Origin: Mesotaenium endlicherianum
Lineage: Eukaryota
Direction of reading: 5' to 3'
Assembly (NCBI GenBank): GCA_009602735.1
Contig: WELA01001939.1
Span: 422,846 to 486,845, forward strand
DNA length: 64,000 nucleotides
Position numbers and translations under genes: made by a program
In this document: positions 10,274-22,387 of the stretch, one piece after another
Layout: every line of letters begins with the position of its first letter
Position numbering within the stretch: position 1 is the stretch's first letter
The notes under the pieces: model-generated
Seen by the model: the letters and a program-made list of their open reading frames with translations, nothing else
What the model was told of the DNA's origin: nothing
Database searches by the model: none

Positions 10274-13200
10274 GCCAGGAGCCTACCACCCCAAGACCCA
10301 CTTCACGAGAAGGCAACACGCCAAGTGAGGTGGAGACCCCCGTTGAAGACGACGTTCCAGCCCCAATGAGTTTGAGAGGTAACCTTGGAGGAGAGAAGGT
10401 CCACATCTTGGTGGATAGCGGAGCTCAAGGCAACTTCATCGCTGCAGATTTTGCCACCAAGCACGGAATTACTATGCGAACTCTTGACCACGACGAGGAG
10501 ATTATGATGCCCGCCAAATTCTCTTATACTACCGCTTCCAAGAAGACGTACTCCTTGTTATACTCTATCAAGTTCTTCAAGGATAGAGTGGTGTTCTCCC
10601 CCATGCAATTGGGCAAGTACGACGTCATCCTAGGGACGCCTTGGTTGACCAAGCACAACACCCAAGTTGATTAGAGAGACGGTACTATCAAGATCAAGAA
10701 TGACATCACTTCAAGAATCTGTATTTTGCGCGCAATCCAGAATATTCAGACCCAAGACATCAAGAAGCCAGCACACGAGATACTATTGTCCACCCTCCAA
10801 CTCAAGAGACTTGTGAGGAAGGGACACGAGCTTCTTTTGACCTCGATCACGCCAAAAGACATCAAGAAAGACATTGAGAGTCAAGAAGGCAGCCCCATTC
10901 CCATGGAGATACAAGAAGTCTTAGAGGACTACAAAGAAGTATTCTCCCCGGAATTGCCCAAGGGCTTACCCCCCAAGAGATTCGTAGACCACAAGATAGA
11001 GTTGGAGCCCGGAAGCAAGCCCATCTCTCGACCTACGTTCAAAATGTCATACACGGAGCTAGACGAAGTCAAGAAGCAAATCAAGGAGCTACTGGAGCAT
11101 GGTTTCATTCGACCTAGCCAGTCGCCATTTGGAGCCCCGGTGCTATTTGTCAAGAAGAAAGATGGTACCTTGAGGATGTGTGTGGACTATCGCGCCCTCA
11201 ACAAGATCACCATCAAAACTCGATACCCACTGCCGCGCATGGATGAGCTTATGGACCGGCTGGTTGGAGCCAAGTACTTCACGAAGGTGGACTTGAGAAG
11301 CAGCTACCACCAGATTCGCATCGCTGAACCTGACATAGAGAAGACGGCGTTCAGGACAAGATATGGACATTTTGAGTTCATGGTCCTGCCATTTGGACTC
11401 ACCAACGCGCCAGCAACTTTCATGACTATGATGAACACCATATTTTAGCGCATTATGGACAAATGTGTGGTGGTATTCATCGATGACATCCTTATCTACA
11501 GCAAGACCCTTGAAGAGCATGCGAGACACTTGAAAGAAGTCCTTGAAGTATTGAAGCAAAACAAGCTATTTGCGAAGGAGTCAAAGTGCGAGTTTGCCAA
11601 ACAAGAAGTGGAGTTCCTAGGTCTCCACGTGACTGCTGATGGCATCAAGATAGACCCCAAGAAGACCACGGTGGTGGAGGAATGGCCAACCCCCACGACC
11701 AAGAAAGAACTCCAGTCATTCTTGGGATTTGCCAATTGGTACAGAAAATTCATCCAAGGCTTCTCGCACATAGCAGCCCCCCTGACAGATCTACTCAAGA
11801 AGGACAGGCTATATACATGGACCGAGAAAGAGGAAGAGGCATTTCAAGAGTTAAAGCGAAGATTGACCACATCCCCGGTGCTCACACTCCCAAGTCCAAA
11901 CCCAGATTGGCCCTTCCACGTCATCACCGATGCATCTTCCTATGCAATAGGAGCAATCCTGCTTCAAGACCAAGGCAAGGGACTGCAGCCCATTGCCTAC
12001 GAGTCTAAGAAGCTAAATCCAGCCGAGCAAAACTATACAACCACGGAGCGAGAGGCATTGGCGATTATTCATGCCTTGAAGGTTTGGCGCTGCTACGTTG
12101 AAGGACGCAAAATGCTGGTCACTACGGACCACGAAGCGTTGAAGCACCTCCAGACGCAGCCGTATCTCTCAAGGAGACAAGCAAGATGGAGCGGATACTT
12201 GCAACAATACAACATCACGATTCAGTACCAGCCCGGCAAGACAAACCCGGCTGACCCCCTCTCAAGACTGCAATTAAATGCAGTGATGGTATCCCTGAAG
12301 ACAGATCTGGAAGCTCGATTTTCAGCCGCCTATGAAAGAGACCCTTACTACAAGAACGGAGAAGCAGCCTTGGACCCATGCAAGAAGCAAGAAGGCAATT
12401 ATTGGGTGAGGCAAGATACGGGCCAGAGATGTGTTCCTAATGACTTAGACCTCCGGCTCTTGCTTCTACGAGAAGCACACGACAACCCTCTTGGAGGACA
12501 CTTTGGAATCCTAAGGACCACGGGCGTTCTAGCCAGGACTTATTGCTGGCCAGGCATGTCTAAGCAAGTCAAGGAGTACTGCAGGAGCTGTGACACATGC
12601 CAAAGAATCAAGCCATCATCGCAAAAGGCGGGAGGACTCCTCCAACCACTACCAATCCTCGAAAGACAATGGACGGACATCTCAATGGACCTTGTCGTGG
12701 ACTTGCCCGTGACACTTCGAGGCCGTAATGCAATACTCACGGTGGTGGATAGACTTACCAAGATGGCTCAATTTATTCCCACGACGACTAAGGCCACAGC
12801 ACCTGTAGTGATTTGAGTTATTATATATTACTTTGCATATATTTTAATGTTTTCAAATATATTTGGAGAAGTATTGTGTGGAGTTAAGTGTGAATAGGTA
12901 CTCTAGTAACTTGGTTCATGTCCTTTGAACCTTCCAAGGCATTTTCGAAGTTAGAGGAAGGACCTAGAAGAACTCCATGTGGCAAAAGTCANNNNNNNNN
13001 NNNNNNNNNNNNNNNNNNNNNNNNNNNNNNNNNNNNNNNNNNNNNNNNNNNNNNNNNNNNNNNNNNNNNNNNNNNNNNNNNNNNNNNNNNNNNNNNNNNN
13101 NNNNNNNNNNNNNNNNNNNNNNNNNNNNNNNNNNNNNNNNNNNNNNNNNNNNNNNNNNNNNNNNNNNNNNNNNNNNNNNNNNNNNNNNNNNNNNNNNNNN

Positions 13201-14266
13201 NNNNNNNNNNNNNNNNCAGAGCCACTCTTGTACTTGCCAAAATCCAGAAATATATTAACTTTCAAGAAGCCATCTCTCTTTCAAGAAGCTACCACTTGTG
13301 TTCAAAGATCCTTGTCTTGAATAAAGTATTCTATTTCACTAAGTACTTTATCTATCTGTTTCACTACAGCACCACAACTTGCAAGACTCATCCTTGACAA
13401 CATCTTCCGACTCCATGGACTACCATCAAGAATTGTGTCGGATAGAGATCCAAGATTCACAAGCCATTTTTGGAAAAATCTTTTCAAGAACTTGGGTATA
13501 TCGCTGGATATGTCCACTGCCTACCACCCGCAATCAGATGGGCAAACCAAGAGTATGAATCGTACCTTGAAGACCTCTCTAAAGGCCTACGTGCCTACTC
13601 TGGAGCAAGATTAGGACATGTACTTGACCTTCCTGGAGTTTGCCTACAACAACACGACGCAGGCCTCTACCCAAGAGTCCCATTCATCCTCAACTATGGC
13701 TTCCATCCAACCACGCCGCTGTGCTTCACGGCTGGCCATGATGAAGTACTTGCAGCCACAAATTTTGTGGAGACATTAGAACAGCCCTTGCAGCAGCCAA
13801 GAAAGCTCTACAACACGCGCAAGATGCTCAAGCAAGAGTGGCAAACAGGTCCAGGAGAGAAATTACGTATAGAGTGGGTGACAACGTGTTATTATCATCC
13901 AAGAATATTTCCTTGAACAACACGCCTGCCGGCAGCAAGTTCTCTCCCAAGTATTTGGGACCCTTCAAGACTATCCAGCAAGTCAACCCCGTTGCTTTCA
14001 AGCTAGAACTTCCCCAAACTATGCACATTGACCCCATATTCCACGCTTCCCTCTTCAAGCCATATGTGCAACCCAACAACAAGTTCCCAGGACGTGTGAC
14101 AACTCCACTAGCCCCAACAATAGTGGATGGTCATTTGGAGTACAAAGTGGAAGACATAGTGGCTATCAAAAATTTCAGGAGACAGCAGCAATACTTGATC
14201 AAGTGGAAAGGATATCCAGATTCTAAGAATAGTTGGGTGGCGGCGCACTACCTTGACAAAGTTTAG
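10252..14266 (+). pseudogene. pol: Disrupted pol of element A (PR-RT-RH-IN-chromodomain)
   Basis: LVDSGA protease, FIDD RT, TDAS RNase H, HHCC integrase, chromodomain EYKVEDI...YLIKWKGY. TAG stops at 10672 and 11446, LTR insertion at 12804, and further lesions downstream. Confidence 0.92.
12804..13368 (+). mobile_element. Family A LTR (probably solo) inserted in the integrase of element A
   Basis: TGTAGTG...CACTACA, TSD GCACC (12799-12803 / 13369-13373). An internal N gap means a collapsed full element cannot be excluded. Confidence 0.88.
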
Positions 14267-15179
14267 AGAAAGTTGAAGCGCTTCCATGCCGCCAATCCCC
14301 ATCTTGGACCAGCCCCAAGTCTGTATATTAGAAGCCTAAAAACTTTGGGGAGGCAGCCTGCCACCATCAAGAAGCAGCAGTAGACCCCTTGGAGGCAGCC
14401 TGTAATGAATCAGTATATTAGTAGATATAATATTCATTTAAATATAATAGTTAATTTAGTTCAGCCTGCTAAACTTTAGTTAGTAGTCAGTCTGCTGAAC
14501 TTTAGTTAATAATCAGTCTGCTGGACTTTACATAATTATCAGTTTAATGACTCGACCAAAAGCAGCAGGCTGAAGTCAACTTAAGTCAGCTTGCTGACAC
14601 ATTCTTTGACAGCCAGCTGACTTCCGTGCTCGGCAGCAGCGAACTGCCTTGATATGCATCTAAGTACCACCTGCTAGATGAATGGCCAGATGACATCCCC
14701 ATGATGGATGGCTATTCGGGATGATGGGAGATGGCGGTGGATTTGGTTAACCGAGGTCCTACCAACGTGGTTAACTCCCGGGTAGGCGGTGCCATCGCAC
14801 TGACCGTTGAACAGTAAACTCATTCCATGTACATATGCTAGGCATTGCTCTCGAGTTCGGCATTCGGAAACGAGGCCAACTCTCTTGTACAGCTTACTGA
14901 GAGAACTCTGAATCCAAGGCGAGAAGCCATTGATACGCACTGTCTTCTAACCTTGCTTATGTATGAGTTTACTGATTTGCATCATTGATGCTAGTTTACT
15001 CGCATTTGACTTACGAGTATTATTCCCTGCTAGTGTATTGTCCTTTGCCGTTTAACTAGTTAACGGAAATACCATAAAGATTACTTGCTGATATAAAGAT
15101 CTTTATTAATTGTTAATCGCCTATTTGGTAAGTCGATTCATTTCAGTGGTATCGGAGCAGTTATCACAGTCTTCTTTGT

Positions 15180-16658
15180 ATGGTAAGGACAAGGTCTCAA
15201 ACTAGCAACTCCCGAGACATGGAGAACCAGGATAACGAGAATGTCGAAAACCAGGCGGAAAGCCATGTAGCGGGAAACCGTACCTATTCGGAAGCAGTAG
15301 CGGATACTGCAGCTAGGGAGGCTGCAGATGAGGCAGCTGCTATTGCCTCAGTCGCAGCTCAGCAAGCTGAGGAGGAGATAGCCAGACTAGAAGCTGAACA
15401 AGTAGCAAAGGCCGCTGAAGATATACAAAGGAGGGAAGGACAGCCAGCTGACGAGCGCACTGTTGAAGAACTTATGGCATCAAGGGCCAATGTTCTGAAC
15501 CCACCTCCTGCCGTACAACTCAATGTACCCCTAGGTCAAATACGTGACCGGCTGAATGCGGCAGGAATTGCTGCTGCAGGAGCAAGAGGGATTGTTGAGG
15601 ACACTACTCAGCGAGTAGATGCCAATGCTGCTGCTGCATTTGCTAATCTACCACCCCAAAATGTAGACTTGGGAGCATTGTTCGTTCAGATGCAGTCGCA
15701 AATGGCGACCATGTATCAGTCCCAGCAGGAGGACAAAAGAATCATAATGTCCCTACTCCGGGACAGAGACCAACTGGGGTCTCACACCACTAGTGGTGGT
15801 GGCCGAGGGCCTAGTAAGCCCAAGCCGAAACCTCCCCAGGACTATGATCCTGAGGGAAACAGAAAATATTACCTGATCAAGTTTCTCGCGGATGTTGAGC
15901 AGTGGCTGGAGAACTACCCAGAACTGCAAGATTACGAGAAGGTCAGGCACACCGGTGCGCTACTGAAAGGCAGTGCCGCAGACTGGTGGCTTTACTGGAA
16001 GGAAGAGCGTAAGGCTCGGCAACTCGGTGACCCTACGTGGGTAGAGTTTGTCGAGAAGTTGCATGAGAAGTTTGATGTCATCAACCAGCAGGAGAAAGCT
16101 ATCTATGCGATGATCTCCCTGACACTGAAGCAGACCACTTCAGTTGCTGAGTTTGCTCAAAAGTTCCAAGAGAACATGATGAAGCAGCCTGATTTGCCAG
16201 AACGGTATAGGATAGCATACTTCAGGTATGGCTTGAAATCCGAGGTCTCTGGTCATTTTGCTGAGAAAAAGTATGAGAAACTGGCTGACTTGATCCAGGA
16301 TGCTGACGCCTGGGATCAGCAGCAGTTCAATCACAAGCGCCAGAGTAACGCTTTGGTGTCTAAGATTGTCAAAAAGCCCCACGGTTCCTACAATGCAGTT
16401 GAAGGAGACCAGGCTGAGGATAATCAGGGTGATGAATATGAGTATGAGTACAATGCTATTCAGTCTAGAGGTAGAGGTGGTCCCTCTCGAGGTGGCTATG
16501 GAAGGGGTGGTGGTAGGACTAAGCCGAGACCAGCCTCAGCAAAATCTACTTGCTACCATTGTCAGCAGAAAGGCCACTACAGAGAACAGTGTCCGGTCAA
16601 GCACCTGCCTAAGGTCGAGAGAAAAGACCAGCCTTTAAAAGACAGCAACAGTCAGTAA
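15180..16658 (+). CDS. gag: Gag of element B
   Basis: 492 aa; gag core ([17 protein letters not shown]), RGG tract, zinc knuckle [14 protein letters not shown]. Confidence 0.95.
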   Translation: MVRTRSQTSNSRDMENQDNENVENQAESHVAGNRTYSEAVADTAAREAADEAAAIASVAAQQAEEEIARLEAEQVAKAAEDIQRREGQPADERTVEELMASRANVLNPPPAVQLNVPLGQIRDRLNAAGIAAAGARGIVEDTTQRVDANAAAAFANLPPQNVDLGALFVQMQSQMATMYQSQQEDKRIIMSLLRDRDQLGSHTTSGGGRGPSKPKPKPPQDYDPEGNRKYYLIKFLADVEQWLENYPELQDYEKVRHTGALLKGSAADWWLYWKEERKARQLGDPTWVEFVEKLHEKFDVINQQEKAIYAMISLTLKQTTSVAEFAQKFQENMMKQPDLPERYRIAYFRYGLKSEVSGHFAEKKYEKLADLIQDADAWDQQQFNHKRQSNALVSKIVKKPHGSYNAVEGDQAEDNQGDEYEYEYNAIQSRGRGGPSRGGYGRGGGRTKPRPASAKSTCYHCQQKGHYREQCPVKHLPKVERKDQPLKDSNSQ

Positions 16659-16681
16659 TCCAGTCTACTGACTGTGAGGAT
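16634..16681 (+). promoter_or_regulatory. -1 ribosomal frameshift signal of element B
   Basis: Slippery heptamer T TTA AAA 16634-16640, 7-nt spacer, perfect 10-bp stem ACAGTCAGTA/TACTGACTGT; loop ATCC can pair with GGAT 16678-16681. The -1 frame is open into pol. Confidence 0.85.
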
Positions 16682-16726
16682 GCTAGAGATAGTGAGTCGT
16701 CACTAGCTGCCCTCGTAGCAGGTATT

Positions 16727-19700
16727 ATGGGTCCTGCTGAACTGGATTCACTATGCATGCCTGACAACCAGATAAAGGAGACCATCAGCAATATAGACGT
16801 CCAGAGAGTGCACACTCTGGATGCTCTTGTTCCACCTGATGTCCAACATTTCTTTGCTACGTCAGGAGAACAATGCGAAAGTCAGGAAAAGACAGTCCCC
16901 CCTATCCTACTGCATTGCATGATTGCAGGTAGGAAGGTGAGGGCATTTGTTGACGGAGGGGCGTCACATACTTTTATCCACAAGGACTTAGTTAAGCGGC
17001 TAAGGCTGCCTACTGTCACCCAAGGGAATAGAAAAATATTCCTTGGAGATGCCTCAAGTATCCCGGGAGGAGTTATAACCAAGCCTATTGAGGTCCAGTT
17101 AGGTTCTGGCATTGCAGTTCTAACTGAAACGCTTACATTTGAGGTACTCAACACTGGCTTTTATGATCTCGTGCTAGGCAGGTCCTGGCTTAATAGACAT
17201 CAAGCTGAAGTGTGTTGGAGCAGAGGTACAGTTAAAGTGAGAGGAGCCAGTGATGGGCAGACTGACTTGGCACCCACCAGTGCTCTTCCTCTTGTCCTGT
17301 GTGGATGGCAAATGAAGGAAAAGAAGAGGCTTCCAGAAGGATGCAAGTTGCTGAATGCAATGGAGTTCGTCAAAAGCTGGAACCAGAAGGAAGACAGAAT
17401 GTTCTGTCTGCTGCTAAGAGAGGTACCTCCTCAACCTGAAGAAGTGGTTGAGAAAAAGGTACACCCTCCGGAACACCCTACTGCTGCAAACATTGTTGCT
17501 CAGTACACGGATGTGTTTAATATGCCTCCAGGACTACCCCCTAAGCGGGAAGTAGATCATAGGATTGATTTATTACCTGGTAGCCAGCCACCCTGGCAAC
17601 GCACGTATGGCTTGTCTTATTTGGAGAGTGAGGAGTTGAAAACACAGATTGCAGAGCTGGAGGAAAATGGTTACATTTCTCCCAGTAAATCACCGTACGG
17701 CGCACCTATCCTATTTGTTAAGAAAAAGGATGGCAGTATGCGGATGTGTGTGGATTACAGAGCCCTGAACAGAATTACAGTAAAGAACAAGTATGCTTTA
17801 CCCAGAATCGAGGACTTGCTTGATACCCTGTCTGGCGCTAAGGTGTTCAGTAAGATAGATCTCAAGAGTGGTTATCATCAAATCAGAATTGCTGAGGGGG
17901 ATGAACACAAGACTGCTTTCCGCACACGTTATGGACACTATGAGTTCAACGTGATGCCATTTGGACTGACTAATGCTCCTGCTACCTTTATGGGTGCTAT
18001 GAATGACATTTTCAGACCTTATTTGGATAAGTTTGTGCAAGTTTTCCTGGATGATATTTTAATTTTCTCTAAAGATGAAGCTCAGCACACTGAACACTTA
18101 AAGAAAGTGCTGGACACTCTGCGGAAAAATCACTTGTATGCTAAAATGAGCAAGTGTGATTTCTTTAAGGAAAGTATTGAATTCTTAGGCCACGTTGTCA
18201 GTAAAGAGGGCATCAGTGTGGATCCTAAGAAAGTCCAGACCATAAGGGACTGGCCAGTACCACAGTCTGTCTCTGAAGTTAGATCCTTCCTCGGGTTGGC
18301 TAACTACTATAGGAGATTTATTGAGAATTATTCCACAAAGGCCAGTAAACTGACTGACCTTACTAAGAAAGACATCGGGTATGTGTGGGGGGAAGAGCAG
18401 CAGGCTGCCTTCCAGACCCTTAAAGATGCCCTTTGTTCTGCCCCAGTGCTAGCCGTGTATGACCCCAGCAAACCGGTGCAGGTGGTTACTGATGCCTCTG
18501 ATTTTGCCATGGGTGCTATTTTGTTGCAGCCTGCTGACAAAACCACAAAGGATGGTAAGGTACGGCAGGAGTGGCATCCTGTGTTGTATGAGTCTATGAA
18601 ATTTAATCCAGCGGAGATTAATTACTCAGTGCATGATAAAGAGCTGCTAGCTATCATTCATGTACTCAAACAGTGGAGAGCATACTTACATGGTAAAGCT
18701 TTTAAGGTGATTACAGATCATCTAGCTCTGACCCACTTTCAGAAGAAGTCCAAGCTGTCGAGGAGGGAGAACCGCTGGAGCCAGATGCTGGAGCAGTTCC
18801 AAGTCCAGATCGACTACAAACCAGGGAAGTTGAATCCTGCTGATGCACTCTCTAGAAGACCTGACTTGCAAGAAAGGAACTTTAGTCAGCATGCTGTAGA
18901 TAAAGTCCTGTGTGCACTCACTTCACTAAAGGTGAAAAAGTCCTTCCTTGAACAACTTAGGAAAGCCTACCTTTCTGACCCAACATTTGAGCCCAGCCCC
19001 ACTACTGGTATGTGTCGTGCTACCGCACTCGGGTATAAGCTCAAGGGAGGGGTCTGGGTGACTGAAACCACTTCAGGCAGGCTGAAGCTGGTCATTCCTA
19101 ATAATTTGGAAATAAGGTCTCTCTTACTGAGTCAAGCTCATGACAGTCTCCTGGGTGGACATTTGGGGCAGGCCAAAACTGTTGGCAAACTGGCAAAACA
19201 TTATCATTGGGAGGGGTTACCCCGGGAGGTCTTGAAATATGTCAAGTCCTGTGACCAGTGTCAGAGAAATAAGTCTCGGCACACACCACCCGGAGGTCTC
19301 TTGCAACCGCTACCCATCCCAGCGGGACGCTGGGAAACTATATCCATGGACTGGGTGGTCTCACTACCAAGAACTGCCAACGGGCATGATTCAATACTGG
19401 TAGTCGTGGATAAACTGACAAAAATGGTCATTTTTATCCCCACAACTGTCAAAGTGACTGCACTCGAAACAGCGAGACAGTTTTACAACCATGTAGTATG
19501 CCAACATGGGCTCCCTTCTAATATCATCTCAGACAGAGACTCAAAATTCACCTCTAAGTTCTGGAGAGCTTTAATGGGGTTAATGGGAGTCAAACAGCTG
19601 CTCAGCACAGCAAACCACCCTCAGACTGATGGGCAGACTGAAAGAACTAACCGAGTTCTGCAGGAGGTGCTGAGAGCATATATTAACCAAAAACAAGATA

Positions 19701-20443
19701 ATTGGGATGACCTGTTGCCTCAAATTCAGTTTGCGGTCAACAGTGCGGTGCACGCGTCAACGGGCAAAACTCCTTTTGAACTCAGCCTGGGTAGAGTCCC
19801 TAAGTCTCCTCTAGATGTGCTAGGGGAATCTTTAACTCACCCTGAAGGGATTGACAACCCGGTCTCCCTCCAGTTAACTCAGGAGTTTGCTGACACCCTG
19901 TCAGAAGTCCAACGAAACTTGCACACGGCCCAAGAAAACCAACAAAAATACGCTAATCAACACCGTCGGGAACTGACATTTTCCAAGGGGGATTTAGTCA
20001 AACTGCATTCTCAGCACCTGTACCTCCCTGGTGTGGTCAAGAAAAAGCTTGGCCCTGTCTGGGTCGGTCCATATTCGGTGGTCCGTCGTGTCGGTCAGAA
20101 TGCTTACAAACTGAACATGTCAGCTGAATACAAGGGGCACCCGGTCTTTAATGTCTCCTTCCTGGAACCGTACATCAAAGGTGATACACTGTTCACAGGT
20201 CGGTTCCCTGTCCAACCGGGACCGGTCCCCGCTGTCCGGGACGGCGACCCTGAGGAATATGAGGTCGATGAGATTTTAGACGCTCGCTCGGTCCGTCGAT
20301 CGTCTAAATATGTCATGAAATACCTCATTCGATGGAAGGGTTACGATGCCTCTGGGGACACTTGGGAGTTTAAGGACCACTTGACCAATGCCAAAGGGGC
20401 GTTGACACGGTTCCACCTTCGGGCCGCTGGAGTCCCTCCATAA
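16727..20443 (+). CDS. pol: Pol of element B (PR-RT-RH-IN-chromodomain); probably translated as a Gag-Pol fusion from 16634
   Basis: 1238 aa uninterrupted; FVDGGA, FLDD, TDAS, HHCC and DDE integrase, GPY motif, chromodomain EYEVDEIL...YLIRWKGY...DTWE. Confidence 0.97.
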   Translation: MGPAELDSLCMPDNQIKETISNIDVQRVHTLDALVPPDVQHFFATSGEQCESQEKTVPPILLHCMIAGRKVRAFVDGGASHTFIHKDLVKRLRLPTVTQGNRKIFLGDASSIPGGVITKPIEVQLGSGIAVLTETLTFEVLNTGFYDLVLGRSWLNRHQAEVCWSRGTVKVRGASDGQTDLAPTSALPLVLCGWQMKEKKRLPEGCKLLNAMEFVKSWNQKEDRMFCLLLREVPPQPEEVVEKKVHPPEHPTAANIVAQYTDVFNMPPGLPPKREVDHRIDLLPGSQPPWQRTYGLSYLESEELKTQIAELEENGYISPSKSPYGAPILFVKKKDGSMRMCVDYRALNRITVKNKYALPRIEDLLDTLSGAKVFSKIDLKSGYHQIRIAEGDEHKTAFRTRYGHYEFNVMPFGLTNAPATFMGAMNDIFRPYLDKFVQVFLDDILIFSKDEAQHTEHLKKVLDTLRKNHLYAKMSKCDFFKESIEFLGHVVSKEGISVDPKKVQTIRDWPVPQSVSEVRSFLGLANYYRRFIENYSTKASKLTDLTKKDIGYVWGEEQQAAFQTLKDALCSAPVLAVYDPSKPVQVVTDASDFAMGAILLQPADKTTKDGKVRQEWHPVLYESMKFNPAEINYSVHDKELLAIIHVLKQWRAYLHGKAFKVITDHLALTHFQKKSKLSRRENRWSQMLEQFQVQIDYKPGKLNPADALSRRPDLQERNFSQHAVDKVLCALTSLKVKKSFLEQLRKAYLSDPTFEPSPTTGMCRATALGYKLKGGVWVTETTSGRLKLVIPNNLEIRSLLLSQAHDSLLGGHLGQAKTVGKLAKHYHWEGLPREVLKYVKSCDQCQRNKSRHTPPGGLLQPLPIPAGRWETISMDWVVSLPRTANGHDSILVVVDKLTKMVIFIPTTVKVTALETARQFYNHVVCQHGLPSNIISDRDSKFTSKFWRALMGLMGVKQLLSTANHPQTDGQTERTNRVLQEVLRAYINQKQDNWDDLLPQIQFAVNSAVHASTGKTPFELSLGRVPKSPLDVLGESLTHPEGIDNPVSLQLTQEFADTLSEVQRNLHTAQENQQKYANQHRRELTFSKGDLVKLHSQHLYLPGVVKKKLGPVWVGPYSVVRRVGQNAYKLNMSAEYKGHPVFNVSFLEPYIKGDTLFTGRFPVQPGPVPAVRDGDPEEYEVDEILDARSVRRSSKYVMKYLIRWKGYDASGDTWEFKDHLTNAKGALTRFHLRAAGVPP

Positions 20444-20710
20444 CTGTCATTTCAGTTGACACGGGAAGGTGACAGGCGGTCCTGTCTCCATTTAAGTTGG
20501 AGGGGAAAATATATGACAGTTAGTGAGCGAGAGCGATAAAAACACACTCATACGTTTATGTGTAGCGCATCGCAACTACGTCAACTTTTAGCAATCATCC
20601 TGTAAGGTAAACAGCAGCGAAGCCACTATACTAAATACTAACATACTTCCTGCAATCCCTATGACAAAGGTCCATATCCTACTAACTTGTGCCCTGGTTA
20701 CATGTGCAGG

Positions 20711-22387
20711 ATGGCGCCCACCACACAAAAGGAGGACAGAAAGCGCAAGGCAGAAGAAGCCAGGAGGACAATGGAGCAATACCAGAAGGAGCTGGCGGCG
20801 ACGTCCCTCACCAGGAGAGAACAAGAAAGGGTCCGCAAACAACAAGAGGCGGCAGAAGAGGCACAGAGGAAGAAGGATCAGGAAGCGGAAAACCTCAGGA
20901 AGGCTGAGGAGGAGAGACAGAAGAAACAGCAAGAAGAAGCGGCAGCGGCAGAAGAGGAGAAAAGAAAAAAGATTGAAGCGGACAGACAGAAGAGCTTGGC
21001 CACTTACAGGTATACTGTGGTGGGTGGCCAAAACTTCGATAACCTGAAGGAAGCATTGCTGGCAGCCCAGGAGATCAACAGGCTGGAACAGACAACACTG
21101 CTACAGAAGGAAGGAGCTACAGCACTGGACAGGTACATCGAGACACACACCGGCGTGGTCCTTTACGAAGATTATGCTAAGATGGTGGGCTATACAGCAG
21201 AGCAGGCCCGGTATCTCGCAGATGATTCAGAGGACAAGCCGGTCCCCATACCGGGAATAGTGGGAGATCAGAGACTCATCCGGATGGTGAGCATGCGGCC
21301 CGATAGCTTTAAGGATACGGTATTCTACCTCACACTCCTGCCAGCTTACAATGAAGTTGAGAGAAGGAGCTGGGAGTACTTGGCCAGGGAAGCAGGACAG
21401 CAGATGTTCTCTCCCCACTGGTTCCCGTGTAAACTGAGGAAGGCTGAGCACGGACCCCAGTACTACCAGCAGCCAACAGACTGGAGGTGGATGACCGTCA
21501 CAAATAAGAAGCAGGAGTGTGACCGAGCCCAACCGGATGACTTCCACTATGGCCTAGACGGCTATCTCATCCTACCACCTCACATTGCCCCTTGGGACCC
21601 CAGGCTGAATGGATGCCTGAGCAATATGAATGCAGAGACCAAGGAACATAGGAGGAGGGGAAGAGACTACTTCTCTAAGGGAAAGCATGCCTTTGTCAAA
21701 TGGGCAAAGAATGCAGGCCGGATAGATATCAGTAGGCTGAAGGCCAAGCAACCTCCAGCGCGCCCTAAGAAAGGGAGGTCGGTAGACTACTCCATGTCTA
21801 CTAGGGAGCAGGACGACTTAGTGGACGAGACCCCTACTCTCTCCGAGGAGGAGGATGAGGAGGATGAGGAAGAAGAACAAGGCAGAGGAGAAGCATCAGC
21901 AGCAGGTACTCAGGATACCCAGGGACAGGCAGTGGCACTTCCTAAAGAACCACGATCAGGTGTGTGGAATGTGATCCCCGTTATGGCGACAACTGGACCC
22001 CGCGCTCGCTCCCCCAGCCCACCTGCCCAAGCAGGGGAAGAAGCTGATCTGACTGTACTGGGCAGCAGACACAGACAGAAATCCCCAGAGGACAGGGGTG
22101 CCAGAAGAGGGACACGCGGGTGGGCCAGAGGTATGCCAGCCTCCCCCTCCGCTCAGGGGCATGTACCTCTAGCCAATGTATTTCAGCATCCTACTGGAAT
22201 GCCTGTCTATGTGGGAATCAACACCCAAGTGGTTGAAGAGCAGGCCACCATCCTCCGTTCTCCTCGAGGGCCAACTTTAGAGCAAACAGGGTTCTTTAGA
22301 AGGCCAGCTGACAGACCTAGAGGGCTGTCCAGATCTAGGTCCAGATCTCCGTCTCCTGACCCTGAAGCCCCAGGAACAACCCCTTAA
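20711..22387 (+). CDS. Extra ORF3 of element B, unknown function (558 aa from ATG 20711)
   Basis: Long intact ORF between pol and the PPT, preceded by TACTAAC (20680) and a TGCAG acceptor (20709). Coiled-coil-like N terminus, aromatic-rich core, acidic tract, RS-rich tail; no obvious signal or transmembrane segment. Confidence 0.85.
   Translation: MAPTTQKEDRKRKAEEARRTMEQYQKELAATSLTRREQERVRKQQEAAEEAQRKKDQEAENLRKAEEERQKKQQEEAAAAEEEKRKKIEADRQKSLATYRYTVVGGQNFDNLKEALLAAQEINRLEQTTLLQKEGATALDRYIETHTGVVLYEDYAKMVGYTAEQARYLADDSEDKPVPIPGIVGDQRLIRMVSMRPDSFKDTVFYLTLLPAYNEVERRSWEYLAREAGQQMFSPHWFPCKLRKAEHGPQYYQQPTDWRWMTVTNKKQECDRAQPDDFHYGLDGYLILPPHIAPWDPRLNGCLSNMNAETKEHRRRGRDYFSKGKHAFVKWAKNAGRIDISRLKAKQPPARPKKGRSVDYSMSTREQDDLVDETPTLSEEEDEEDEEEEQGRGEASAAGTQDTQGQAVALPKEPRSGVWNVIPVMATTGPRARSPSPPAQAGEEADLTVLGSRHRQKSPEDRGARRGTRGWARGMPASPSAQGHVPLANVFQHPTGMPVYVGINTQVVEEQATILRSPRGPTLEQTGFFRRPADRPRGLSRSRSRSPSPDPEAPGTTP

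Noticed and set aside
20711..22387. Retroviral env gene
   Set aside because: No signal peptide or transmembrane segment visible; highly charged.
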